A stretch of 64,000 bases of DNA from Eledone cirrhosa (GCA_964016885.1 OZ024743.1:259780001-259844000), one strand, 5' to 3'. Positions 37,988-52,570 are shown, numbered from the stretch's first letter. Notes: generated by a model from the letters alone, not told the origin. Made by a program: numbers and translations.

Positions 37988-40801
37988 TTCTTGTCTCCGT
38001 CTCAGCGCATGCGTTTGCATGTGTGTATAATGTTTGGTGCGTGTGTTCGCGTTTGAGTGTATGTGTTTTGGTTTTTGCATTCTATCTTTGTTTACTAGTG
38101 TGTGTTTATATGTGTTTGTTGTTATTGTACTTGTGTATATATTTATTTATTTATGTTTCCCTTAAGTCAGTATTGTTTGTTTGAGTATGGGTGTTGTTGT
38201 TATTCCATTCGTTTTTTTTCTGTTTAACTTTGGTTTTCTAAGCTCCATTTCACCTGCTTCTCTGATTTGCTTACCTTTAGAGTCATTTCTATGTTTAGAT
38301 ATTATTTTAATTTCTATGTTGCTATATTACCGTTATGTCTTTGTCTGGCGTGTTCGTATAGTACTGGACCGTTTTTTTTTTGTCCTTTTAATTCCCCCCA
38401 CAGTATTGGTCTATTCTTTCTCCTATACTTCGAGCTGTCTCAACTATGTATGTCGTTGTCATGTTTCTGCACATACCCTCTGTACATCTTATGCTATAGA
38501 CTACATTTCTAGTTTTATAGTTTATTTGGGGGTACACTTTACATATTACACATTTCTTATCAGTACAGTGGATTTTCTTAAAGGGGTATGTTTTGCTGAT
38601 CAGGGATTTTATGGTAGTTCCTGGATTTTCTACCACTTTAATCTTTAAGTGGGTCTTTCTTAGGGCCTTTCTACATTGGTTAGCTAATTTCCCCCACAGG
38701 GGTAGCATCCACGAACATGACACTCTGGTGTCTTTGGTTGTCGTGCCCTGAAGTGGCTTTTCCTATCTTATGTTTAGTCCTATCTAAGCTATTCCATGAT
38801 TTGCTCCTGTATAATGGGAAAATTCCTTTCGTGTCCATTTCTATGAGGGTCTTATACTTCTCCGTGGCTCCTTCGTATACTCTGATTCTGTCTCTTTGGT
38901 TGTAGCCAGAGAACTGCATGAAGTGTTGGCTGTGTCTTTCCATTTCATTTGAGTCGCACATGTGGGACACGTTCTTCATCACTCGTACCAAGTCTGCGAT
39001 CAGAATATTAAACTTAGCACTACTGGACATTGCTGAGCTTTTGAGTATCAGGTATTTGGAGGCCATGGGTTTAGCATAGTGTGAGTGGAGAATTTGGGCC
39101 CTCTCGTCTATCGTGTTAATCCAGAGTTCCGTGTCTAATACTGATAGTCTATTGTTAGGGAGCTTGGAAGGGTAGTCAACAGTTACGGTTATACTCTGGT
39201 GTAATGAGTTAGCTAGCTATCTGCTGGGTGCTTTCCATTGTGCTATTTTCTAAATCATGTTCATTAGTACTCTCTTGTGGGGGTGTTCTTATTACTATAT
39301 TAATATCGTCTACGTAACGAGAGTACATGACGAGGTCTATGGAGCTCTCTTCGAGGAGTTCTTTGAGTCTCCTATCCCACCATACCATAAATAGATTGAC
39401 AACATCACCAGCTATGCTGACGCAAATAGCTGCTCTCTCATTCTGAGCGTAGATCTTTTCGTTAAATTTAAACATATGGTCTTTTAGTTTTGTTTTAACA
39501 CTAGCCCATATTGCATGTGCGACCATTTTCTCACCTGATCATTGTTTTGGGGTGTCTGTATGGCTTTGGTCCATCCATTCCATCTTCCCATGGGAGTCTT
39601 TTTATCCATTAAGGTTATGGCGGGTCTACCTCTTCTGGGTCTACTGGGGCAGAAACAGCTAAGGTCGTGGTCATCTAGGTATTCGGTGTCATAAGTAAGT
39701 CTAAGTAGGAGGCCCAGTTCATCTGTCTCAACGTCGCAGAACTCCACTTCGCTCTCACTGATTATTTCCACACATTTTTCCACAGCAAAATCAATGTTAA
39801 TGGATGGGTACAGTGATCCATACAGCCTATTATGCAGTTAGTTAAGTTTTTTTGTTTTTGTTGCACGCATTGATTCCGCTGAGAAGGTCCTCTTCACTGT
39901 CACATATATAATTCTCCACTCACACTATGCTAAACCCATGACCTCCAAATAACTGATACTCAAAAGCTCAGCAATGTACAGAGGGTATGTGTAGAAACAT
40001 GACAACGGCATACATAGTTGAGACAGCTCGGAACATAGGAGAAAGAATAGACCAATACCGGGGGGAATTAAAAGTACAAGAAAAAACGGTTCAGTAGTAT
40101 ACGAACACGCCATACAAAGACATAACGGTAATATAGACAACATAGAAATTAAAATAATATCTAAACATAGAAATGACTCTACAGGTAGGCAAATCAGAGA
40201 AGCAGGTGAAATAGAGCTTAGAAGACCAAAGTTAAACAGAACAAAACGAATGGAATAACAACAACAACCATACCCAAACAAACAATACTGACTTAAGGAA
40301 AACATAAATAAATAAATAAATATATACACAAGTACAATAACAGCAAACACATATAAACACACACTAGTAAACAAAGATAGAATGCATAAACCAAAACACA
40401 TACACTCAAACGCGAACACACACACACACACCAAACATTATACACACATGCAAACGCATGCACAGAGACGGAGACAAGAAGAAATAAATAAATAAATAGA
40501 ATAAAAATGGCGTAGACATTACAATACAATACAATACAATACAATAGGAGGGAGCATAATAATAGTACCACTGATGATGTTGCCGATGTGCAACGGAAGA
40601 ACTTTTATAGACTATATATATATATATATATACTTATATCTGTATTTTTAACCGTTGGTCAATCAATGATAAACGTTGATTGCCAAATAAATTAACTATG
40701 GAACTATAAAAGATACAAAAGCAAAAACCAACCAAACAGTGAGTGTGTTCTGTTATTTTTTCTGGCAATATTATTACAACAATATGACCCTCCCCATGTA
40801 T

Positions 40802-40809
<8 letters not shown>
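37625..40809 (-). mobile_element. Penelope-like element 1: 5'-truncated RT-GIY-YIG copy with an inverted copy of its 3' region
   Basis: Coding part 38390-39820; 39975-40809 is the reverse complement of 37672-38487; bounded by (TA)n; decayed HHR-like motifs at 37851-37890 (-) and 40562-40615 (+). Confidence 0.9.
38388..39820 (-). pseudogene. Penelope-like RT + GIY-YIG endonuclease, frameshifted
   Basis: GSLYPSI, MYSRYVDDINI, HYAKPMASKYLI, CTDKKCVIC and NVVYSIRC..YIVETARSIGERI. Confidence 0.9.
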
Positions 40810-40834
<25 letters not shown>

Positions 40835-40839
<5 letters not shown>

Positions 40840-42013
40840 CAATAACAGAGATAGTTTAAAGCTAATCTCTGACTGGTAACCATCTCACTCAACAAACATT
40901 AGGTTGTATTTTAATATAAACCCAATTTAAGTGTTTGGGGTGCTAACAATATGTATTATGTGGAAAAGCCAGTTGCATTATTTTATGAGATATAATTAAA
41001 GTTAAAATATATCTCTCTTTCCAAACAATTGTTTCATTATAAGTTTTCTACAAATTCGGAGAATATTTCCAGTTTATGTAGAAGCCTAATATACATTCAT
41101 GTAAGAATATATTTAGGTGGGCACTTATAAATCATCAGTGGAAGCCCATTAAACTTTGATATAAGAAAAACATTTCTTACCATAGTTAAAAATCGTGTCT
41201 GTTAATTTGCTCCCTCCCGCATCGAATGACCGGCAAATTTGAAATTCCAGCAGTTTTTGACTGAGGAAGTATTGTAGCGTCACTAAGCTGGAAGGGGAGA
41301 CAACCAAGATCCACGAAAGGAGGAAAAAAAAATAATATACACGCGGGTTAATTAGTTTTTTCGAAAACATTATTAATCTAACGTGTTAAGAACTCAATTG
41401 AAATTAAATAAATAAATATATGCGTGTATAAATTACACACGCATATAGATATTTTATTAGGCTAAAATCAGAGGTTGTACCTGAATAAGAAACCGCATCT
41501 CGTAACCGTAGTAAATACGGAAAGTTATGGTTTAAAGGGCAAATGGGAATGTAAATCTCCGGCCGAATTAAGAGTAAAATATAAAACACACGCAGGTTAA
41601 TTAGTTATTTCAAAACTAATATCAATTCCTCGTGTAAAGAACTCAATTAATTTTAAAAAATAAATGTATGCATGTAATTATATACATAGACATATATATA
41701 TTTTCCTAGGCTAAAAAACAGAGAAGTTACAACCAATAAAAACCACAATATCGCACAACAGTAATAAATACGGAAGGTCAAATTTATAAGGTACCTGGAA
41801 ATAAACACCTCTGGCCAATCAAGAGTAAAATATTAATACAATAACAGAGATAGTTTAAAGCTAATCTCTGACTGGTAACCATCTCACTCAACAAACATTA
41901 GGTTGTATTTTAATATAAACCCAATTTAAGTGTTTGGGGTGCTAACAATATGTATTATGTGGAAAAGCCAGTTGCATTATTTTATGAGATATAATTAAAG
42001 TTAAAATATATCT
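40835..42013 (-). mobile_element. Non-coding HHR element with apparently identical 180-bp direct terminal repeats (999-bp period), in (TA)n
   Basis: 40835-41014 equals 41834-42013 by eye; diverged internal duplication of about 250 bp (41330-41585 / 41580-41835); no credible ORF. Confidence 0.88.
41019..41143 (-). ncRNA. Type I hammerhead ribozyme with long stem II
   Basis: Minus strand TTCCA-CTGATGA-tTTATAAGT..ACTTATAAt-GAAA-CAATTG-TT-TGGAA; GUU cleavage between 41024 and 41023. Confidence 0.82.
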
Positions 42014-42024
42014 ATATATATATA

Positions 42025-42097
<73 letters not shown>

Positions 42098-42162
42098 TTT
42101 CTCTCTATATATATATATTTCGTTTCTGAATCTTTATTGGCAACATGACCCTCCCAAAGTAT

Positions 42163-42215
<53 letters not shown>

Positions 42216-42353
42216 AGAAAGTGAGGTTTTTTTTACAAATTGAAAAATAACCGAGGTGTCCTACACGAGTGAAAGTATAAAGAAAAAGAGATGAAATCGA
42301 AAATGCAACTGGAGTCTTATTTTTTTTTTTAAATATATATATTTATTTGGTTC

Positions 42354-42394
42354 CTTTACCGGTTTCGCAGTTCAGTTCTTCTGCTTTTCAAAAG
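42354..42394 (-). ncRNA. Minimal type I hammerhead ribozyme, U3-A8 core
   Basis: Minus strand CTT-TTGAAAA-GCAG aagaactgaa CTGC-GAAA-CCGG-TA-AAG, in a short insert between (TA)n tracts. Confidence 0.72.
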
Positions 42395-42434
42395 TACAGT
42401 TGAGATGGAGGGTCTGTGGTTTTATACTATATAT

Positions 42435-42502
<68 letters not shown>

Positions 42503-42631
42503 ATCTATATGTGTGTCTATCTAACTAATTATTTGTGTGTATACTTATATATCAACCCATCAATCACACACACGCACATAAAACCAACCACAGAAACAGA
42601 CACACAGACACATTGACACACAGACGCACAT

Positions 42632-42668
<37 letters not shown>

Positions 42669-42682
42669 CACACACACACACG

Positions 42683-42787
<105 letters not shown>

Positions 42788-43135
42788 TATGAGGATGTTT
42801 GAATATGTATATTTAACTGAAGACACTATTGCACGAGTTGGAACACCAACCGAAAGGGTTATAACTTATGTCACGTAATTAATACCGCTCATGTTCATTC
42901 ACGAATATTCATTATGTCTCTGATGCCTGAGGCAGTCTGAAAATGTATAAACAGATATTGAAGATAGGTCTTTACTAAGTTGGTAAGAAACACCGAAGTG
43001 GCAGGGTCGTTGGGAAGTTGAATAATATGCTTTTCAGTATGTTTCGAATCTCTACTCTCTGAGTTCAAATCTCGCCTAGGTCAACTTTGCTTTCCAAAAT
43101 TTTTCGTGGTCGATAAATAAAGTACTTTTTAAAAA

Positions 43136-43179
<44 letters not shown>

Positions 43180-43926
43180 AAGTCTCTCTTGTTCTCACTT
43201 TGCCATTCGTTATATCTCTTCTGGGTTCTGATCTGACTTTGCCAGATTTAAATGCCCGAGACACGCTATATGCCAAGACAGCCTATCGACGGCTCTATCA
43301 GACTTTAAGGGCCCATGGCTGGCTGGATAGAATTGAAAAGAAGTTTATAGAGTTCAAGGGTTTCAACGGCCACAGGTTAAGCAAGATATAAATGTAGATT
43401 TCAACAACGTTTGTTCTTCAGACTGGTTGATCTTAAATTACTTTTACTGAGACATTACATTTACTCAAACATTTTCGATCCAGAGCATCTTCTTTTCCTC
43501 CTGTAATCATCCATATTGTGTCCCATCCGCTCAAAGACCCTGCACAAACCTCTATCTCCAGCATGTGCTCGCAAGACGTCAGCTTTCTAGAATCAGCGTA
43601 TTACACATGTTATACTTTCCTGTACCCACCGATTACTAACCGTTAACCATCGATTCCACCAGATTCAGAAGGTCTAAAAATGCCATGGGCACTGTCCCGT
43701 GTTTTTGAGTAAACCAATAAAAATAAATAGATAGATAAATAACATGTCTCTTCGTCCAAATTCTACAGATGTTTTGACTATATATCAATGGCATTAATCT
43801 AGTCAGAGAAATCTATCTGAAATCGCTCATAAAAAGAAACAATTGGTTTAGCATAAACCATTATTAAAATGTTATATATAAGTATGTATGTATATATATA
43901 TATATATATATATATGCATGTATATA

Positions 43927-44066
<140 letters not shown>

Positions 44067-44466
44067 TACAGTTTTCCATTGAGACAAATTTGCCGAAGTT
44101 CAGCAAGCTATAGCAATGAAAGTATTATATGTTGCTATTATTCAGCGATTTGTGTGTGATTCGAGTAAACTATAAGCGCCAGGAACAACGTAATATATCG
44201 ACAAATAATTGCCTCTGAAATTATTTATATTTCCAACAAAAATAAACGATAATATACTTGAAAAATCGTATTAAAAGTAGACAAAATTGAATTAAAAAGC
44301 ATCACGTTTAGTATCTCATCTGAAAATCTGAAACTGAGAACGAGAGAAATCAGAGGGAAAGTAAAAGGAAAGACAAACTAAGAGAGGATGGGGTAGCAGG
44401 AGAAACCTAGAGCTGGAGAGAGAGGATAAAGAGAGTGGTGAAGAGAAAGAGAGAGAGAGAAAGGAG

Positions 44467-44505
<39 letters not shown>

Positions 44506-45422
44506 GAGAGAAAGAGAAAGGGAGAGAGGGGGAGAGCAAACACTAATGTCCTCACTATAGAGCTAATTGCTTGTAGCCATTATTTAATTCTTGAAAGCAT
44601 GATGGAAAAAAAATGAGAGATAATCATCAACCAAGTACTGACGTTAATAAAAGTGACTGAGAAATATATCTGTATTTCTTTATATATTGTTGATTTGTTG
44701 TTGTAGTCGTTGGACTTTTGAAATACAGATACACCTCATTTTAGCCAGCTGAGTGGACTGGTAAAACATGACTTGGGGAGATTCTTAGTAAACTCAAGAT
44801 TGCGCTATTTTCTATCGAAACTCTAGGAATTATATAATTCTGTCTTTGACCCAGACTCACTTATTTGATATTTGGAATATGAGGAAGAACCTGGCTCTGT
44901 ATGTAACCGTTCATTTCAGGACATTAAAAGCTTGGTAATTAATCTGCAAGCATCATAAGTTTGATCCTCTTATCTTCACTGCGCCAAACTCACTTAACTC
45001 TTGTTTACCTAGATGGAAATACACACCAAGAAACACAGATAAGTTATAAGCGATAAGTATTTTGTTGCCTTGTTTAAATCACATTAAAAGCCTTATGAGA
45101 GCACTGAAAAACTTTCCCATATAGACTTCTTCAAACGTTGCTGTGTGCGACTGGAGGCGCATTTACACGATCAAACAGTTATAAATAATAGTCAACTTCT
45201 TACAAATTAGACTCAGCCTCATAGGAAATATGGGTATATTGGATAACTAGACCACCCGTGACCCGTTAAGGCACGTTCACTAAAGGTTTTTTAAATCATG
45301 TTCACTTAAAAATAATTTTTAAATAATTAAAATATACACAGACATGTATATAATGTGAAATGAAATTGAAAGGTCCATATATATATAGATAGATATGTGT
45401 GTGCGTGTGTGTGTGCGTGTGT

Positions 45423-45468
<46 letters not shown>

Positions 45469-45546
45469 CCTATATACACTGGTCACAGACACACACACAT
45501 ATATATATACACGAACACACACACACACACATTTATATATATACAT

Positions 45547-46289
45547 AATATCCGTCATCAGTGGTCTACTAGCCATCATAGGTATTTCTTCGCATTACAG
45601 ACCATATACCTCAAGCTAGGGCGATACAATAACTAAATTAAGTTATTGGGATAAAAAGAGTTGGCTGGAGAAAGAGAGACAGATAAACAGACACGAATGA
45701 TGAGGCAACGTGAAGAGAGGAAAACATGAGAAAATCAAGTCAATAATTCATTTTGAACATAAGAACTTGCAAACATTGACGAGAAGGCAAATATACATTT
45801 TGGCCGTACGGATATGAGCGAAGAAAGAATCTCGTACGGTGTGGGACGATGGAGGAAGTGAGAGAGAGGGTGAGTAGCAGAGAGTGAGTGAGTGAAAGTG
45901 TGAGGAAGTAGCTAGTCGAGAGAGGGTGACTAGCAGAGCGGGTGAGTGAAAGTAAGAGGGAGAAGGAGAGAGAAGGGGGAGATAGAAAGAGGATAGCGGT
46001 AAGGGAAGAGAAAAAGACAGGTCACAGCGAAGGGGAAAGCATATATGAATGAAAAATGGCGAGCTGTGTTGTTGCAAATAGAAAATGAATTATTGACTTG
46101 ATTTTCTCATTTCTTCCTCTCTTTACGTTGCCTCACCATTCGTGTTTGTTTACCTGTCTCGCTTTCTCCACCCAACTCTTTTTATCCCAATAACTTAATT
46201 TAGTTATTGTATCGCCCTAGCTTGAGGTATATGGTCTGTAATGCGAAGAAATACCTATGATGGCTAGTAGACCACTGATGACGGATATT
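45547..46289. repeat. Inverted-repeat element (arms 45547-45754 and 46082-46289, GA-rich spacer); diverged relatives at about 710-900 and 53455-53600
   Basis: About 208-bp arms are reverse complements; both end just past a CTGATGA; flanked by TA-rich microsatellites. Confidence 0.85.
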
Positions 46290-46345
46290 CCTGGCTTCTA
46301 TTTCAAATTCTTCATTTATTATATATATATATATACATATATATG

Positions 46346-46426
<81 letters not shown>

Positions 46427-46514
46427 ATAATAATAAATTTGAAGACTAAAATCCAAAGAGGGGTCGATAAGGATAAATATATATCAAATATATAAGAACC
46501 GTAGAGCAAATATT

Positions 46515-48820
46515 TATTAAAATAACAGATTAAAGTGTAAGCAAAGAATCGCTGCTTTCACCCACCCTTAACGGGATCTTCTGAAACTAACAAAGTCAAT
46601 CTGTAAACGCAGAACTGGATATTTCAAAAAACGTTGCAACCGGAGGAAGACAGCAAGACGATACTTTGGTTCGTGGAAACGTTCGCTGGCAAAGAACGGG
46701 AAAAAACGAATAATACGTCATTAATAGGAGCGTCATTAAACAATTACACGCAAAGACAGAACCACGTTTATGGTATAAAAGAGGTCGTAGACTAATGTTG
46801 TCTTAGGTGGTGCATAGAGACGTTCTCTGGCAATGAACGAAAAAACGAAGAAAATACGTCATATGTGGAGCGTGGAGAACAATAGCACGCAAAGACAAAA
46901 CCACGTAAATGGTATATAAATACGTATATAACAAGCGCACACACATACCTACATATAAATACACGAATGTTCGGAGACGTAAGTCAACTAAAACAAGAAG
47001 TACACATATACACACACCCACCATACGTACGAACCTGCATACTCACACAGACGCAAAACTCCCGTATACACATAGCCAAACCCTATGTACCAGAATATAT
47101 AAAATTATACGCCATAGCAATCAAATATACGTACGAGAATTTATACGTACCTTCACAAAACATACGGGTAATATATACTTACCAATGCAAATAAGTAAAG
47201 GAATAAACAAAACATATACTTAGCTCCCACATCAAGACGTAAAATATCCACGTATAGATCGTACTATCCGTTAGGGTATAATGTGGGGCTGTAATACAGG
47301 AAAGTTTTGTGCAATTTATGTTTACAAGCCGAAATTGCCTCAGATTTTTTGTTTAGGATGTGGTCTGTGGCGTAGAGTATTTCCAGGGCCTCAGCGGCGC
47401 AGAGGTCACATGGTCTTTTATTTCCGTTATACGATCTAGCCCTGGCTAGGATCTCCCAGTGTAACTTATATTGGGTGCGGTTGTCTTTTAGACTCCAGAT
47501 ATAAGCTGAAAGTGACGTCATATTCCTTCTTAGAGGGTAACGAAAAGAATGGGTATGCATGTAAACACGCTGCTTGAAACTATTGGCAGTTAACCCTATG
47601 TAGGCCCTATGGGACGTGGGTGTTACAACCTTACATTTGTAGACAATGTTACTAGAGAGGCATTTCCCGGATAGGGGGCAATCAGCCCGATTCCTACAAT
47701 TACAGTTAGTACTAACTACAGGGTTGCACGTGTTCCTACGGCTAGGTAGTTTAGCTAAATTTGAAGCTGTGATGTTATGTGCAAGGTTAGGAGTCGTAGA
47801 GTAAGAAATTTTAATAGTATTTCTATTAAAAATGTTACTATATTTATGTGTAGGGGAAAATGCTTCGTAATAAGGGAAAGAAAGATCTTAGCTAAGGGTG
47901 TGGCCACCTCCATATTATATGGTGGGTTATACCAACAAATCCGACGGGATCTATTTCTTCTAGGTCTATTTTCGTACTCTGTATATGCTACCTTATCGAC
48001 AAATCCACTTCGAGCAAGAGCTTCATTGTAATAATTGGAATGGTCGTTGAAAATACGCTCGTTGGTGGAAAGACGGGAAAGCCTCAACGAAACGTTTCTT
48101 ACCAGGTTCTTGGTTATGCTGGCAGGATGGTTAGAATGCTTACTTATGTAATTAAGCGTATCATTCGGCTTTCTATACGGGTAATACAACCCATTCAATA
48201 AATTGAGGGTAACGTCGAGGTAATTAACGACCGAGAGATTGGCCTCAACCTGTATAGAGAGGTTGAAGCCTTTAAAGAAGGCTGTGAGTTCTTTTCTGAA
48301 CCTGTCGCAAGCACGAGGTCCGCACTTAGTCATGGTCAAAAGACCATCGTCACGGTACAAACCACCGCCCGCGTTGGGGAATTCGTCCTTGATAGAGAAA
48401 AGAAGGAAAAGGCCAATAAGATCAGTAACCTCCGCAGAGTCACTGGCGCCCATATTCATGTCGAATGGGGTACTATTGGATTTTTTAATCCAAATAGAGT
48501 CGTCGAAATTAATCACCGACTTTCGGGCATTGAGGATGACATCAACTTCGAAATCCTTAACCACTGTGAGTGTTTTAGCGAAATTGATAGCTCTAAGGAG
48601 AAGTGGTAAAGTGATGGAGGAGTAGTAATTGTTGATGTCGAATTGGATAAAACGGCAATGTTCCTTGTTACATATGCCGTTGAACCAATCAATCACCGCG
48701 AAAGAATTGTTCCACAGTGCAAGAGGGGCCAAACTTCTAATTTCAGGTATAATTCTATCAAGAATCGTTTTACTAAGTCTACCTAAATCGGACTTCGTAG
48801 GGTTAATAATGCTATAATCG

Positions 48821-48822
<2 letters not shown>
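46515..48822 (-). mobile_element. Penelope-like element 2 (Nematis-like), 5'-truncated, with a long 3' UTR ending in an HHR-like motif at 46525-46604
   Basis: RT-GIY-YIG ORF plus about 750-bp 3' UTR with a 140-bp-period duplication; HHR-like motif in the same orientation as the ORF. Clade label is from recalled motifs only. Confidence 0.9.
47264..48822 (-). pseudogene. Penelope-like RT + GIY-YIG endonuclease, one frameshift near 47855
   Basis: INPTKSDLG, FIQFDINNYYSSI, MGASDSAEV, GLYRDDGL, YRKPND..SNHP, CNCRNRADCP..NIVYKCKV..AYIGLTANSFKQR and CDLCAAE..LNKKSE. Confidence 0.93.
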
Positions 48823-49345
<523 letters not shown>

Positions 49346-49639
49346 AGATAGATAGATATATTCAAAACAAACAAACACCATCAACAGTACCACACTTCCA
49401 CCACCGCCACCCTTTACACCCCAATTACCACCACCACCATATTACTACCAACACCACCACACCACCAGCATCCTCCACCACCACATATTTTAAACTCCTG
49501 TCAAATAATTCAACAAAAGCACACCACCAGAATAAAAAGAAAGATCTCCCCCACACCCCAGGGGTTCAAAAGGTGGGGGAGGGATTGAGAACTTTGTTGT
49601 TCTTTACAGAAGATGAAAACATTTGTTGTTTCAAAGTAA

Positions 49640-50020
49640 AAAATATTGTTGTGGGATATAGAGAGGGAGAGAAAATTTGTCGGTCTAGTGAGAGAGGGGG
49701 AATTGTGAGAGAGAGAGAGAGAGTAGGGTATGTAGTTAGATATAGAGAGCGGTAGAGAATTTGTTGGTTTAGTGACCGAGTATTGTGAGAGTCAGAGAGA
49801 GAGTGAGGTATGTAGTGGTATATAGAGAGGGGCAGAGAGTTTGGCGGCATAGTGTGAGAGAGGTAATTGTGAAAACGATAGAGAGTGAAGCATATAGTGA
49901 GATATAGTGAGCGGGGAGAGCTTGGTGGGCTAGTGAGAAAGTGGGAAATTCTAGAATGATAGAGAGTGAGGTATGTACTGGTATATAGAGAGGGGAGCGA
50001 ATTTGGTCATCTAGTGAAAG
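49640..50020. repeat. GA-rich imperfect minisatellite, about 80-bp unit
   Basis: Recurrent AGTGAG..GAATTGTGAG..AGAGAGTGAGGTATGTAGTGGTATATAGAGAG units. Confidence 0.7.
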
Positions 50021-50394
50021 GTACGAATTTTCCTGGATACCCGCAGAAGAGCACAGGAATTTGTAGCTTTCACCTAATAATCCTTGCGAAACAGATTTAC
50101 ATCTGGCCGGGTATCATAGGCTATTTGCCCGATATAGGTTTGTTATTTTTATTGATTTATTACGTTAAATCGAGTCAGGCAAACCATATTGTTTTAAATT
50201 AGTATTTTTCAACCTAACTAACTTGGTCATTTGCAATTGGAACACATGTATACTTATATCTGTGTTCATCCCTCTCATATATCCAATTATATTACACGGA
50301 TCGGAAATATTCCCTTCTTTGAGCTAATTGTAAAAGACTATTTTGAGTTTCTAACTGAATCTATGATATATATATATATATAGGAAAAAGTATG

Positions 50395-50490
50395 ACCCCG
50401 ACGGCAGAGCTCAAGCCGTTTCGACGGCTATTTCTGGACTAAATTAGAATGTTTAGCCTGGTAAATAAATAGCCGAACTTGTCAAGGGGT
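50395..50490 (-). ncRNA. Type I hammerhead ribozyme, U3-A8 core, within element 50381-50731 between (TA)n tracts
   Basis: Minus strand ACCCC-TTGACAA-G..CGGCTATTT..AAATAGCCG.C-GAAA-CGGC ttgagctct GCCG-TC-GGGGT; GUC site at 50402-50400. Confidence 0.85.
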
Positions 50491-50812
50491 ACTTCCTTAT
50501 ATGGGAAGATTGTAGTTGTTGAGAGGATTGGTCAAAATTTGTTGTAAACACAAATAAGTCTATCGTGGCATTTGGTGGGAGGTAGGGGTGGCTGAACTTG
50601 CCTGTAGAACAATGAGGGAGGGAGTGGAGCCGGTCAAGCGTTGAAAGTGAAATCTATACAGCAGATTCTAAGGATAGTGCCTTTCCTTTCATTTCAGATA
50701 AAGAATCTTGCTAAACAAATTCAGAAACGAAATATATATATATATATATATATATATGTGCCAATGTGGTTCAATGGCAGGTTAATAAATATATATTCTT
50801 CGAATGAAAAGA

Positions 50813-50895
50813 ACCTTCTGACGAGAATCTTTCTTTGCAACGAAGGCCGTATGGTCTCCGTTTAATTTTGGGATTCGAAACCGATCGGTAAAGGT
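50813..50895 (+). ncRNA. Type I hammerhead ribozyme (tandem copy 1)
   Basis: ACCTT-CTGACGA-GAATCT..GGATTC-GAAA-CCGATCGG-TA-AAGGT. Confidence 0.88.
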
Positions 50896-51295
50896 AACTA
50901 TAGTAGGTAAAGTCAATTTTTTAAAATTTATTTTGAAACTTTTTCATTATTTGCTAAACCTTGTGTATATATGTTCTGGCTCGTTAATTTATTAACCTGC
51001 CATTGAACCACATTTGCATTTGGTTGGACAATACATGCGTCCCTTAGCGCCTTGTGCGTGAAGGAACACATATCCTATTATTACTACTCTCCTCTACTGT
51101 TGAGACAAATTGGGTCGTTCCGACTGCTGCTAGTGATAGTTGCGGCCGGTTTGACCTACCTCCCTCTGCCTCTATCTTTACTTCGGCCCTTGAAAAAATT
51201 GTTTCTACATCATTCACTCTCATCCCAGGAACAGTTTTAGATAGCGCTAGTTCGTAATTTAAATTCAAGAATTTTATATTCTTCGAATGAATAGA

Positions 51296-51378
51296 ACCTT
51301 CTGACGAGAATCTTTCTTTGCAACGAAGGCCGTATGGTCTCCGTTTATTTTTGAGATTCGAAACCGATCGGTAAAGGT
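51296..51378 (+). ncRNA. Type I hammerhead ribozyme (tandem copy 2)
   Basis: Same motif; stem II is GAATCT/AGATTC, so a U-G pair becomes U-A and pairing is kept. Confidence 0.88.
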
Positions 51379-51445
51379 AACTATAGTAGGTAAAGTCAAT
51401 TTTTTTTAATTTATTTTGAAACTTTTTCATTATTTGCTAAACCTT

Positions 51446-51491
<46 letters not shown>

Positions 51492-51534
51492 TTAGAGGTG
51501 TGCAATTTTCAACTATAAATATGTATATGTATAT

Positions 51535-51638
<104 letters not shown>

Positions 51639-51672
51639 TTAAAAGAATAGAGGTGTAACACACGAGTTATGA

Positions 51673-52075
<403 letters not shown>

Positions 52076-52445
52076 TTATAGTTGAAAATTGCAAACTTGA
52101 CTGTCACCACACATTGTGAATCTGAAGATTGCCAAAGCATGAAAGTACTTGTTCAATTAACACTTAGCATTTAATATTCTACCATACTATTACATTCTAA
52201 TACCATTATAAATTTTAAAGGATTGTAAATAAAACGAGTAAATAAGACAAAGTTGGAATTCCTTTTATTAATATAATCTTCTATACACAATCATACACAC
52301 CCGTGTATATTTATCTATCTATCTATATATATATATATATTTATATATACATATACATACATATATGCATACATGCATATGTTATTCACCGATTAATGGT
52401 GAAATATATTTCTTTAATGGAATATATACAAAGGAGATTAATCAT

Positions 52446-52570
<125 letters not shown>

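Larger units (their letters stand above)
50758..51450 (+). mobile_element. Partial-tandem HHR element, 483-bp unit, with a short inverted 5' piece
   Basis: 50792-50967 repeats at about 51275-51450; 50758-50790 is the reverse complement of about 50987-51018; flanked by (TA)n. Confidence 0.88.

Noticed and set aside
51044-51430. 128-aa antisense ORF across the HHR unit
   Set aside because: No recognisable domain; the homologous 18 kb copy has indels in this segment.
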